This document shows, one piece after another, positions 48,846 to 58,818 of a DNA stretch of 64,000 bases (its first letter is position 1; each line of letters opens with the position of its first letter). The translations under genes and the position numbers were made by a program. Location of the stretch: assembly GCA_963733195.1 (NCBI GenBank), contig CAVTCR010000070.1, positions 49,056 through 113,055 on the forward strand, in the 5' to 3' direction. The DNA is from an uncultured delta proteobacterium. GTDB lineage: Bacteria; Desulfobacterota; Binatia; Bin18. Under the pieces are notes generated by a model that saw only the letters and a program-made list of their open reading frames with translations, had not been told where the DNA came from and did no database searches.

Positions 48846-50029
48846 GACGGTGCCTTGGTCACAACCAGTCCACTGCCACGCAACATCGGTGAGCCGTCGA
48901 TTGCACACGCAACCTCTGCGCCAGGAATTTGTCGTTTTTCCGCACGTCCGGTGACTTGGAACACGGCTTCGGCAATATGCCCCATGCCGTGTAACCGTCC
49001 TTCGCTGAGGCTACCGCCAAAGGTGTTCACTGGTAGTTCGCCTTCGAGGGCGATGCGTCCATCTTGAATGAATGCGTATGCTTCTCCGCGTGGGCAGAAT
49101 CCAGCCGCTTCAATCCAGTATATGGTTGAGGGGCTAAAGCCGTCGTACAATTCTGCTGCATCCATATCCTTGGGTCCAAAACCAGACGATGACCAGAGCT
49201 TCTGCGCGAGCGAGCCGCCACAGGCTATGTAGTCATCAAGTGCGTAATGAAATAAGGTGCGGCGTGGACTGGTATTCTGTCCGTACCCGGCAATGTACGC
49301 TGGTGGATTACGCAGGTCACGAGCGCGTTCTGCGGTCGTTAACACCAACGCGACACAGCCTTCGACCGGAATATCGCAATCGAACAAACATAACGGTTCT
49401 GCAATCCACCGTGACGCGAGATAATCGTCTCGTGTCATCGGTGTGGTGTAGAAAAACGCACGTGGGTTGAGGTTAGCGTTCCGGCGACTGTTGGTAACAA
49501 ATGTCGCTAGATGCTCTCGTGTCGCGCCATATTGATGCATATAGCGTCGCCACTGCATGGCATGCCATTGGAAAATACTCGTGCTCCCATACGGCGCGAT
49601 AAACTGCGCTTCACCCGCAGCACGCGTACCTGACCACGCACCATAGCGGCCGCGTGGATTATGCATGGCACGCCAGACTAACACGTAGTCACAGGCACCA
49701 ACGAGCAGGGCATGGATCGCTTCAATGACCGGGCTGGCGATCATGCCAGTTTCAATCTGCGCGTACCAGCGAATATCCGGCGCGAGCGGCAGATGATTGA
49801 CCAGGTACATGACACTGACAATATCCTCGCCGTCGCGACTGCCAGCACCAAGGGCAGGCAATTCGGGATAAGTTGCGAGCCCATCGACTTGTTCTGGTCG
49901 CACGCCAGCATCTGTAAGGGCTGCATGACAGGCATCAATGGCGAGAAGCCCAAGCGGTTTCTGCGAATGTCGTGTCAATTCGGAGTAGCCAATGCCGACG
50001 ATTGCAGTTTTTCCTTTGCCTGACCACAT
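48842..50029 (-). CDS. Thiolase-like protein (SCP-x/Ltp2 type)
   Basis: TAIVGIGYS, PLCLFDCD, ELYDGFS, PVNTFGGSLSEG. Confidence 0.88.
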   Translation of the reverse strand: MWSGKGKTAIVGIGYSELTRHSQKPLGLLAIDACHAALTDAGVRPEQVDGLATYPELPALGAGSRDGEDIVSVMYLVNHLPLAPDIRWYAQIETGMIASPVIEAIHALLVGACDYVLVWRAMHNPRGRYGAWSGTRAAGEAQFIAPYGSTSIFQWHAMQWRRYMHQYGATREHLATFVTNSRRNANLNPRAFFYTTPMTRDDYLASRWIAEPLCLFDCDIPVEGCVALVLTTAERARDLRNPPAYIAGYGQNTSPRRTLFHYALDDYIACGGSLAQKLWSSSGFGPKDMDAAELYDGFSPSTIYWIEAAGFCPRGEAYAFIQDGRIALEGELPVNTFGGSLSEGRLHGMGHIAEAVFQVTGRAEKRQIPGAEVACAIDGSPMLRGSGLVVTKAPS

Positions 50030-50171
50030 AGGAAATGTCCTTTCCTGCCTTTCCTGTCAAAGGTGCCCTGGCGCGGTATGGTAATGCCTTGTATCAGAAT
50101 GCTCGACAGAAGAAAGAGCACGGACGCGGTACGGAGGAGAATATGAAAACTGACGGAAGCTTCAAGGAACG

Positions 50172-51035
50172 ATGAAGTTCAAACACTATTACGCAAACCT
50201 CAAAGATGTTCGCCTCCATTATGTGACCCTCGGACAGGGCACGCCAGTCGTTCTGCTGCATGGCTGGCCACAGACCTGGTACGAGTGGCGTCTGGTAATG
50301 CCGCTACTGGCGGATCAGTTTTGTCTGATTGCGCCGGACCTGCGTGGCCTCGGTGCTTCATCGCGTCCGATCGGTGGCTATGACAAGAAAACGGTGGCGC
50401 ATGACATCTGGCAGCTTATGCACGATCATCTGAAATATGATCGCTTTGCGGTGGTCGGCCATGATGTCGGCGCAGTTGTCGCCTTTCGTCTGGCAGCAGA
50501 TCACGCAGAAGCCGTTTCCCATCTAGTGCTCCTGGATGTTCCAGTGATTGGTCTCCAAGCAGAGGCTATGGGTGGATTGATACCTCCTGGGCAAATGCCA
50601 CGTTGGCATCATCTGTTTCATCAAGTGCCGGATCTTCCTGAAGCGCTGACGTTTGGTCGTGAGCGAATCTATCTGGAATGGTTTTTTAATTGGGGAACCG
50701 ATCAAGCTGGAGTCTTCAGTGATGCCGACATCAGCGAGTACGTACGGGCCTATGCGCAAGCAGGGGCGATGCGCGCGGGGTTCAACATGTATCGCGCGCT
50801 CGGGCAAGATATTACTGATAATCAGGCAACATTTGCGACAGGGTTCAAACTACCGATGCCAACATTAGGGCTTGGTGGCGGTGGTTCGCGTGGGCGTGGG
50901 AATCTGGTTGTGGAATCACTCAAGCGTGCAGCACTTCACGCGGAAGGAGGTTCCGTGGCTGATTGCGGGCATTTTATTCCCGAAGAGAAGCCGCAGGAAC
51001 TGGCCGAAGAGCTACAGAGGTTTTTGAAGAAGTAG
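50172..51035 (+). CDS. Alpha/beta hydrolase (epoxide hydrolase/dehalogenase-like)
   Basis: LLHGWPQ, PDLRGLG, GHDVG nucleophile Asp, CGHFIPEE. Confidence 0.9.
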   Translation: MKFKHYYANLKDVRLHYVTLGQGTPVVLLHGWPQTWYEWRLVMPLLADQFCLIAPDLRGLGASSRPIGGYDKKTVAHDIWQLMHDHLKYDRFAVVGHDVGAVVAFRLAADHAEAVSHLVLLDVPVIGLQAEAMGGLIPPGQMPRWHHLFHQVPDLPEALTFGRERIYLEWFFNWGTDQAGVFSDADISEYVRAYAQAGAMRAGFNMYRALGQDITDNQATFATGFKLPMPTLGLGGGGSRGRGNLVVESLKRAALHAEGGSVADCGHFIPEEKPQELAEELQRFLKK

Positions 51036-51043
51036 AGCGAGAG

Positions 51044-51475
51044 CTACACCAAGCGGAACTGTGGCAAGGTGATCTCGTCATCGATCTTCTCAAACGTCAC
51101 TTCGACGCGTCCGCCGATGCGAATCTTGTCGTGCTCTGCCATTGGCAAGTATGACACCATGAATAGTCGTGGTTGTTCGTCGAGTTCGACTAAGATGTTG
51201 ATGTAGGGAATTTCTTTCTCAAAGCCAGCGACGTTGGGTTGATACATGACCGTGTAGCTGTAAATCGTGCCGCAGCCACTCACGGGTGCAAATTCGAGAC
51301 GTTGAGAAAGACAGGCGTCACACACAGGTCGTGGCGGATGGTTGAGGTAGCCGCACTCCTGGCAGCATTGAATCATCAATTGGTGCCGTGCGGCTGCTTG
51401 CCAGAAGGGGCGGGTGAGATCGTCGATCGCTGGCAAGGGTTTGAGGGAATTCCCTACTTGTGGGTTTGCGGGCAT
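51044..51475 (-). CDS. DUF35 Zn-ribbon/OB-fold protein
   Basis: PFW...CQECG..HPPRPVCDAC, GTIYSYTV, VELDE. Confidence 0.88.
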   Translation of the reverse strand: MPANPQVGNSLKPLPAIDDLTRPFWQAAARHQLMIQCCQECGYLNHPPRPVCDACLSQRLEFAPVSGCGTIYSYTVMYQPNVAGFEKEIPYINILVELDEQPRLFMVSYLPMAEHDKIRIGGRVEVTFEKIDDEITLPQFRLV

Positions 51476-51602
51476 CTTTTTCCTCTCTTGTTCTCTGTCT
51501 CTGTCTTTCTATGCCAGATAGCAAAATCTTAGCACTCTTGGCAACGCCGACTTGCGCTGTATGAAATTTTCCGATCTAACCTGACTGTAGGAGGCATGTG
51601 CG

Positions 51603-54600
51603 GTGCAGTGTACAGCGTGTGGTGCAGATAACCCTTCGGGAATGGTCTTCTGTGGACAGTGTGCCTGTCCCCTCCTTCAACTCTGTCAGCCGTGTGGATT
51701 TCAGAATCCAGGGCAAACGAAATTCTGTGGGCGGTGTGGAAGCCCCCTCACTGGTAGTGTGATCCTTGGGCGTGAACAGCAAACTCCACCGCAACGACAA
51801 AATGTTCCGGTGGAGAATGAGGAACAATTCCCAGTTGACGTTCGATTGCAAGCGCAAAGAATAGCGCTACGGCAGGGATTAGGGAGGCGCCAGTTAACGG
51901 TCATGTTCTGTGACCTGGTAGGATCAACCGCCCTCTCTCAGCAGGTGGAGCTTGAAGAGTTGCGCCAAGTGATCCAGGCCTATCATGATCTCTGTGCTGA
52001 GGTCATCGCTCGCTTTGACGGGTACCTCGCACGGTATCTCGGCGACGGAGCGTTAGTCTATTTTGGTTTCCCTGTTGCACATGAGGGAGATGCCTATCGA
52101 GCTGTCCGTGCAGGGTTGGAAATCATTGCTGCGTTACCACGACTCAATGCACGTTTGCAGAAGACTGTGGATAAGTTACGTACATTCCCTCTCCAGGTGC
52201 GTATCGGTATTCATACGGGGACAGTGGTGGCTGGAGAGGTCAAAACCGAAGGTGCGCGGGATCTTGTTGAAGTAGTCGGCGAGCCGCTCAACCTCTCTGC
52301 CCGTCTGCAGGAGATTGCCGAACCAAACAGTGTCGTTGTTTGTGCGACGACATTCCGACTTATCCAAGGGTTCTTCACCTGTCGTGCTCTAGGCACGCCC
52401 CCCCTCAAAGATGTTTCTGCGCCTCTGGCGGTTTATCAGGTGGTGGAAGAAAGTGAGGCACGTAGCCGCCTCGAAGTTGCGGCGACGAAAGGGCTGACGC
52501 CGTTGGTCGGAAGAGCGCAGCAATTAGCGACCTTGCTCGACCGTTGGCAACAGGCAAAATCAGGCGCTGGGCATGTAGTGTTACTAAGTGGTGAAGCAGG
52601 TATTGGAAAGTCTCGCCTTGTACAAGCATTGCGGGAACACGTGAGCGGGGAGTCTCAGACGTGGCTCGAATGTCATTGTTTCCCTTATCATCAGCACAGC
52701 GCGTTATACCCTGCTATCGACCTCTTGTGGCGTGGGCTCCGCTTAAAACGTTCCGATATTCCAGCCCAACAGTTAGAGAAACTTGAACGAGCGATCTCTG
52801 CGTATGGCTTATCACTGCCGGAAACTGTCCCGATTTTTGCTAACTGGCTTGGTCTACCGCTCCCACCAGATCGCTATGCCCCGTTTTCACTTCCACCACA
52901 GCAACAGCGCAGAGGGGTGCTCAATGGTCTACGGTTATGGTTGAGCAAAGCTGCTGAACGTGGGCCAGTGATCGGTGTGGTTGAGGATCTACAGTGGGCC
53001 GATCCCTCAACGTTAGAATCCCTCACGTTGTTTATGGAGCAAGTCCCGCTTGCGCCGATCTTGTTGGTGTTCACTTTTCGCCCTGATTTTCATGTCCCGT
53101 GGCGCTTCTCCTCGTATATGACACATCTGCCACTCAGCCGATTAGCGGACATAGAGGTTGAAGCAATGATTGCGCACGTCGCGCAGGGACGGGCGCTGTC
53201 ACCCGATACTCAAGCCCGATTAGTGAAAAAAGCTGATGGCGTCCCGCTGTTCGTCGAAGAATTGACCAAGATGGTGGCTGAGAGCGGCGCATTTGCGGCT
53301 CCCACTGCTGGGCAATCATCGCGATCTCCGGCTATCCCGACCACGCTGAACGATGTCCTCATGGCGCGACTTGATCGTTCGCAAGCGGCTAAGGAGATCG
53401 CGCAGCTTGGGGCAACGATCGGACGCGAGTTTTCCTATGAGTTGCTGCAAGCCGTGTCCTCGGTTGATGAGGACACGTTACAACGCGCACTAACAACACT
53501 CGTCGATGCCGAACTCTTGCATCAGCGTGGGGTGCCACCACGAGCGAGCTATTTTTTCAAGCACGCATTGATTCAGGACGTTGCGTATCAATCCCTGCTG
53601 AAACGAACCCAACGCCAATATCATCACCGTATCGCGCAGACATTAGAGGCGCGTTCTGTGGAACCCAGGGAGGCACAGCCAGAGGTCGTTGCCCATCACT
53701 ATACTGAGGCGCGTCTCCCTGAGCATGCCATTCGCTATTGGCAGTTAGCTGGGCAGAACGCGACTGAGCGATCTGCCCTTGCTGAAGCGACGCATCATTT
53801 TATGAAAGGCTTGGAACTTCTTCGTGGTCTTCCAGAAACGAACGAACGTAATCAGCAAGAGTTAACTTTACAGATGGCGCTTGGAGGACCATTGATTGCG
53901 ACTCACGGCTATGGGGCAGCGGGGGTTGAGCAGTGTTATGCACGAGCACTGGTGCTTTGCCGGCAGATCGGTGAGACCCCACGGTTGTTGCGGACCCTAC
54001 TCGGGATGGAAGCCTTCTATTTTATTCGCGCGCAACTGCGCACTGCCCAACAATTAGCCGAGCAGTGTTTTGGGCTTGCACAACAACAACAGCAGCCAGG
54101 GCCGCTTGTTCAAGCGCATTGGACGCTAGGACAGGCTCTCTTTCATCGAGGAAGATTTGTCGAGGCTCAATCGCATGTCGAGCGGGGCATTGCGCTGTAC
54201 ACGCCTGAACTGCATCAACCACGAGCGCTGCAAGACCCTGGCGTCATGTGTCTGGCGTACGCTGCGTTCACACAGTGGTGCTTAGGCTATCCTGAGCAAG
54301 CTTTCCACCGCAGCCAGCAAATGTTGGCGCTGGCGCGATCGCTTACGCATCGATTTAGTCTCGCATTTGCTTTGAATATTGCGGCGACTATACGGGTCTT
54401 ACGAGGAGAGATTACCGAGGCGGAGACGTTGACAACAGAAGGTATTGCGCTTTGCCAAGAGTACGGGTTCCCGGTGTGGATGGCATACGGGAAAGTGCTG
54501 CGCGGATGGATACACGGGCAGCGTGGCGCGCGCAGGCCGGCATGGGAGGAGTTACAGCGGGGGATCACAGAGTGGGAAGCCACCGGGGCGGAGGTTACGC

Positions 54601-55076
54601 GTACTGCATTTCTGGCGCTGTTAGGACATGCTTATGCGCGTATCGGTCAAGGAGACAAAGCACGAAAAACCATTGACCAGGCGTTGGCACTCGCTGAGCA
54701 GAATGAAGAGTTCTATGGAGTCACCGAACTATGGCGACTCAAAGGAGAACTGATTTTAAGAAAGTTCAAAGTTCAAAGTTCAAAGTTCAAAGTTGACAAT
54801 CTGCAATCTGCAATCTGTCTGCCCCCTCCGTCGGGGGGCAATCTGCAATTAGAAGCTGAGGAATGTTTTCATCGCGCGCTTGCCATTGCTCGCCAACAGC
54901 AGGCCAAAGCATTTGAACTACGGGCCGCACTGAGCTTGAGTCGTTTATGGAAGCGACAGGGGAAACGTGAACCGGCACAGCAACTCCTGTCGTCAGCCTA
55001 TGCGAAATTCACTGAAGGATTTACCATGCCGGATCTTCGTAGAGCACAGGTATTGTTAGCTCAACTTGATCATTAG
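51603..55076 (+). CDS. Double zinc ribbon + class III cyclase + AAA (STAND) + TPR protein
   Basis: CTACG...FCGQC, TVMFCDLVGST, YLGDG, GEAGIGKS, VEDLQWAD, GVPLFVEEL, FKHALIQD, ELRAALSLSRLW. Confidence 0.92.
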   Translation: MQCTACGADNPSGMVFCGQCACPLLQLCQPCGFQNPGQTKFCGRCGSPLTGSVILGREQQTPPQRQNVPVENEEQFPVDVRLQAQRIALRQGLGRRQLTVMFCDLVGSTALSQQVELEELRQVIQAYHDLCAEVIARFDGYLARYLGDGALVYFGFPVAHEGDAYRAVRAGLEIIAALPRLNARLQKTVDKLRTFPLQVRIGIHTGTVVAGEVKTEGARDLVEVVGEPLNLSARLQEIAEPNSVVVCATTFRLIQGFFTCRALGTPPLKDVSAPLAVYQVVEESEARSRLEVAATKGLTPLVGRAQQLATLLDRWQQAKSGAGHVVLLSGEAGIGKSRLVQALREHVSGESQTWLECHCFPYHQHSALYPAIDLLWRGLRLKRSDIPAQQLEKLERAISAYGLSLPETVPIFANWLGLPLPPDRYAPFSLPPQQQRRGVLNGLRLWLSKAAERGPVIGVVEDLQWADPSTLESLTLFMEQVPLAPILLVFTFRPDFHVPWRFSSYMTHLPLSRLADIEVEAMIAHVAQGRALSPDTQARLVKKADGVPLFVEELTKMVAESGAFAAPTAGQSSRSPAIPTTLNDVLMARLDRSQAAKEIAQLGATIGREFSYELLQAVSSVDEDTLQRALTTLVDAELLHQRGVPPRASYFFKHALIQDVAYQSLLKRTQRQYHHRIAQTLEARSVEPREAQPEVVAHHYTEARLPEHAIRYWQLAGQNATERSALAEATHHFMKGLELLRGLPETNERNQQELTLQMALGGPLIATHGYGAAGVEQCYARALVLCRQIGETPRLLRTLLGMEAFYFIRAQLRTAQQLAEQCFGLAQQQQQPGPLVQAHWTLGQALFHRGRFVEAQSHVERGIALYTPELHQPRALQDPGVMCLAYAAFTQWCLGYPEQAFHRSQQMLALARSLTHRFSLAFALNIAATIRVLRGEITEAETLTTEGIALCQEYGFPVWMAYGKVLRGWIHGQRGARRPAWEELQRGITEWEATGAEVTRTAFLALLGHAYARIGQGDKARKTIDQALALAEQNEEFYGVTELWRLKGELILRKFKVQSSKFKVDNLQSAICLPPPSGGNLQLEAEECFHRALAIARQQQAKAFELRAALSLSRLWKRQGKREPAQQLLSSAYAKFTEGFTMPDLRRAQVLLAQLDH
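54761..54850 (+). repeat. Heptamer arrays plus a 21-bp hairpin insert inside the cyclase CDS
   Basis: (AAAGTTC)x4, GCAATCT-type units, insert GTCTGCCCCCTCCGTCGGGGG at 54817-54837. Confidence 0.75.
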
Positions 55077-55127
55077 AGAGGCTGAGTCGTTGAACTGTTG
55101 AAAAATTGACTCAATGAAACAGTTCTT

Positions 55128-56249
55128 CTACTGTCGCAATCCAGCCTGTCGCATCAGAGGCATCACACGTTCGCCAAAATACTTAATTTCTTCATTGTAA
55201 TCGAGCCAACAGAGGATCACACCTTCAAGGCCAATGTTGGAGAGTTTGATCAACTCGTCAGTAACTTGTTCTGGTGTCCCGACCATCGGATAGCCGCCCC
55301 AGCCAGCGATGAAGTGTTCAGCATATTTCGTGAGGTGCTCTTCAGTGAAGGAACCGCTTTCGATGCCGAGCAGTCGCAGAATGCTTCGCGTCGCTTCCCA
55401 ATCCCCTTTTTCGACAATGTAATCGTACATCTGCCGTGCTTCTTTTTCGGTATCGCGACAGACGACTAAGCCATAGCTCATCATGCCGATCTCACGGTTG
55501 TAGTTTTTCCGCGCGAGCCCTTTGACATCGTCGATGATCTCCTTGCCATGTTCAAGGGTGTCAATGGCGATAAAATTAAAATCAACCTCACGAGCTGAAA
55601 AGTCTTTTCCTGCTGGTGAGAACCCAGCATTGATGAGGACCGGGTAGGGTTTCTGCACCGGCTTGGGAAGCATGTATCCATCTTTGATGTGGAAAAACTC
55701 ACCGTGATGATTGAAGTGCTGCTCTGACCACAAGCGTTTGATGACGTGAATCCATTCGCTGGCCTGACGATAGCGCTCATCATGCGGCATTTGTGGTGCA
55801 CCAAACATTTCCATCTCCGGGCTAAACCAGCCGCAAACGATATTCAGTCCCCACCGTCCTTCGGAGATATTATCGATCGTTGATCCCTGTTTCGCGGCGA
55901 CGATCGGGTGCATAGTTGGCACGTGCGAAGTGGAAAAGAGCATGATGTTGCTGGTTTGCGTTGCCATTGCTGTGGCCCACGTGTAAGTCTCCATGCAGTC
56001 GCCGTTGAAGTCGGTCGTGCCACCGAACCCCCGCCAACGGCCCACCGGAACGAGCAACTCGAATCCGAGGTTGTCCGCTTTCTGAGAGATCTCCACATTA
56101 TGCTTATACGTGGGTTTGAAGGTGGTCTCCGCATGGGTAATCGTACAGCCGTTACTGCAATTCTGACCAAAGATGCCCAACTTGAGCTTGTTCGCGTTGT
56201 AGACAGGGATGTGCTTCCAGCGGTATTCCTGGAGTTCGGTTGCGTTCAT
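55128..56249 (-). CDS. LLM class flavin-dependent monooxygenase (RutA/SsuD-like)
   Basis: GRWRGFGG, HPIVAAKQ.STID.IS.GRWGLNIVCGW, NAGFSPAG. Confidence 0.88.
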   Translation of the reverse strand: MNATELQEYRWKHIPVYNANKLKLGIFGQNCSNGCTITHAETTFKPTYKHNVEISQKADNLGFELLVPVGRWRGFGGTTDFNGDCMETYTWATAMATQTSNIMLFSTSHVPTMHPIVAAKQGSTIDNISEGRWGLNIVCGWFSPEMEMFGAPQMPHDERYRQASEWIHVIKRLWSEQHFNHHGEFFHIKDGYMLPKPVQKPYPVLINAGFSPAGKDFSAREVDFNFIAIDTLEHGKEIIDDVKGLARKNYNREIGMMSYGLVVCRDTEKEARQMYDYIVEKGDWEATRSILRLLGIESGSFTEEHLTKYAEHFIAGWGGYPMVGTPEQVTDELIKLSNIGLEGVILCWLDYNEEIKYFGERVMPLMRQAGLRQ

Positions 56250-56277
56250 AGGTCTCTTTCCTTTATTGTCTCGATCT

Positions 56278-56634
56278 ATGTCCCAGCTCGACATCTATGT
56301 CTGTACGAAAAGCAAATGTACGGCGAAACGCGTTCAGGTCAAGGTGTCTGTAACAGATGGCGAATCTGGTTCTTATAATGGTCCTGCACTGCTTGAGGCA
56401 ATCCGTGGGTTGGTAGAGAAAAAACACTTCCAGGAGCAAGTCCGCATTCACGAGGTCGCCTGTATGGCAGGTTGCCCGGTTGGTCCGCGTGTGGATATGA
56501 TCTGTGGCGGCAAGCGTGTGATGTATTTCAACCGTCAAAGATCGACAGGGAGATCCGATTTGGTGACTTGGCAGTCTGTTGAGAGTGTAGAGGCTGTGAT
56601 TAAGCATCATCTTCTTCATAGCCAAAGTGATTGA
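56278..56634 (+). CDS. Thioredoxin-like (2Fe-2S) ferredoxin domain protein
   Basis: IYVCTKSKC...CMAGCPVGP. Confidence 0.65.
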   Translation: MSQLDIYVCTKSKCTAKRVQVKVSVTDGESGSYNGPALLEAIRGLVEKKHFQEQVRIHEVACMAGCPVGPRVDMICGGKRVMYFNRQRSTGRSDLVTWQSVESVEAVIKHHLLHSQSD

Positions 56635-56636
56635 AA

Positions 56637-56665
56637 TTGACATAATTGCATACAGAATGTATGAC
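56637..56665 (+). promoter_or_regulatory. Putative promoter/operator of the second TA operon
   Basis: TTGACA at 56637 and inverted repeat CATACA-gaa-TGTATG (56649-56663). Confidence 0.5.
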
Positions 56666-56672
56666 ATTAAGT

Positions 56673-56907
56673 ATGGCAAAAACTATTTCTATTCGTATAG
56701 ACGAAGAACTGCTCCACGCGGTTGATGTGGCAGGTGAAGCAGATCAGCGTGGACGTTCAGAGGTGATCCGCGAAGCGCTGGAAGCATGGCTAAAGCATCG
56801 GGTCCTAGCGGAGAAAGTGCAGCGTCATCGTGAAGGTTATGCCCGACATCCTATCTGCCCCTGACGAGTTTGCTCCTATCCTTAGGTCGCAAGTATGGCC
56901 GAAGTAA
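56673..56907 (+). CDS. Ribbon-helix-helix antitoxin (probable frameshift near 56860)
   Basis: KTISIRIDEELL...RSEVIREAL...HREGYARHP. Confidence 0.8.
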
Positions 56908-57220
56908 ATCGTGGCGAAATTTGGCAGTTTGAATTTGCTCGTCCCAATAAACGTCGTCCGGTATTGATTCTCACTCGACAGGATATCCTTGGACATCTTC
57001 ATAGCGTTACTGTCGCTCCTATTACGACTACTATTCGAGGTATTCCTTCCGAAGTCATTATCGGGCCAGAAAGTGGATTAAAGACGACTTCAGCGATTAA
57101 CCTTGACAATTAGCAACCGTCCCCAAAGATGGGCTACGCTCATTCGTTGGAACAGTTTCCCCTCAAACGCTTCACACGATTCGTGAGGCACTCTTATTTG
57201 CACTTGGCTTTGAGGATTGA
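56895..57220 (+). CDS. mazF: MazF/PemK toxin (frameshift near 57110)
   Basis: RGEIW...KRRPVLILTR...VAPITTTIRGIPSEV...INLDN, then ATVPK...ALLFALG in the next frame. Confidence 0.85.
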
Positions 57221-57267
57221 GGGAGAATGCATCATGTTGAAATTATACTTTAAGGAGGGCGTTAGAG

Positions 57268-58477
57268 ATGATCGATGCACCAAATCAATGGCGGTTAGAA
57301 ACCCCTGGACACACAGGCTGGGAGCGCACGGCCCGGCCCAATGATCCGAACAAGTATTTCATGGTCTCGTGCGACAGCCACATGAACGAGCCTGCAAACC
57401 TGTGGAAGGAGCGCCTGGATGCGAAGTACAGTGACCGTTTGCCCCGTATTGAGGTAGACGAAAAGGGCGTGAAGTGGACTGTCTCAGAGGGTTTTCAACG
57501 ATCGCGGTTGCATGATTCTGTTTTCCAAGGGGAAGATCTGGAGCGGCAGAAATCCGGCGCCGACCCGGAGCAACGTCTCAAGGATATGGCGCGCGACGGA
57601 GTGGATGCCGAGATCATTTTCCCCAACAAAGGGCTGGCGATGTGGGCAACGCCGGATCCGCAATTCGCTATGGCGCAGTGTCGCATTTATAACGACTGGG
57701 CTTGGGAGGTCTTTGGCAAATACAACGATCGCATGTCGCCCATGGCCTGCCTTGCTACCGGCGATCTGGAAGTCTCAATTGCTGAGGTGAAGCGTGTCGC
57801 CAAGATGGGCTACCGTGGTTTGACGCTGCCGTGCAAACCGATCTTCGGCGCGCACGATGCACGACACCCTAACTATAACCTGCCTATGTTCGATCCTCTG
57901 TGGGGATGATTCAGGAGACACGGGTCTGCCGATCACGTTTCATATTTCCACTGGACGCGACCCGCGCGCCGCGCGCAAAGATGGCGGGGCGGTGATCAAT
58001 TATGTGTCACATTCGTTCGCGCCGACCGTGGAGCCGATCGCAAACATGTGCGCTTCGGGTGTTTTAGAGCGGTTTCCGCAGTTGCGGTTTGCCGCCATTG
58101 AGTGCGGCATCGGTTGGGTCGCGTGGGCGATCAACGCGATGGACGAGGCCTACAAGAAACATCACATGTGGAGATGGCCGACGTTGAAGAAGTTGCCGAG
58201 TGACTATTTCCGCGAACATGGTTATGCGTCTTTCCAAGAAGATCAGGTTGGTATTGACCTCGCGGTGAAATACAACTTGGTTGAGAACTGCCTCTGGGCG
58301 AACGACTATCCGCATCATGAAGGGTCATGGCCACATTCGGCTGAGGCGATTGAGCGACAGATGGGTGATCTCTCTGATAAACATCGTGCAAAAATTCTCG
58401 GCCTCAATGCGGCGAAACTCTTCAAGTTCGAGGTGCCGAAAACCTATCTCGCCAATTACGGTGAGACGTTGCATTGA
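57268..58477 (+). CDS. Amidohydrolase family protein (frameshift near 57905)
   Basis: VSCDSHMNEP; TFHISTG; WANDYPHHEG. Confidence 0.88.
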
Positions 58478-58818
58478 CCCTCAGAGAAAAGTCGCCTTTT
58501 TTCTCTACGTGAGCGCAGGTATTAGGGTAAGGGCTACCAAATAGCACTAATGGGTTGGTTCAATAGTCGGCAGTTCTTACCCTTCTCTCAATCTCAGGGC
58601 AGGGGAAGGTGGAGCAAAAAAATCATTCTTCAGCAATGCCGATCATTGTTGGTGGGGTTGGTCGTGGACATTCTTTCCGCTTCGCGATGGGGCCTGGGCT
58701 ATTTGCAAACGCGACCGTTTTGCTCTTTGCTCTTTCAGGGTCTCAACGTCTAGCGCTCGGATGAGAGGAACGCAGGTATCTGACTGTCTCGAATTGGTCC
58801 ACGAAAGACAGGGGAGAT

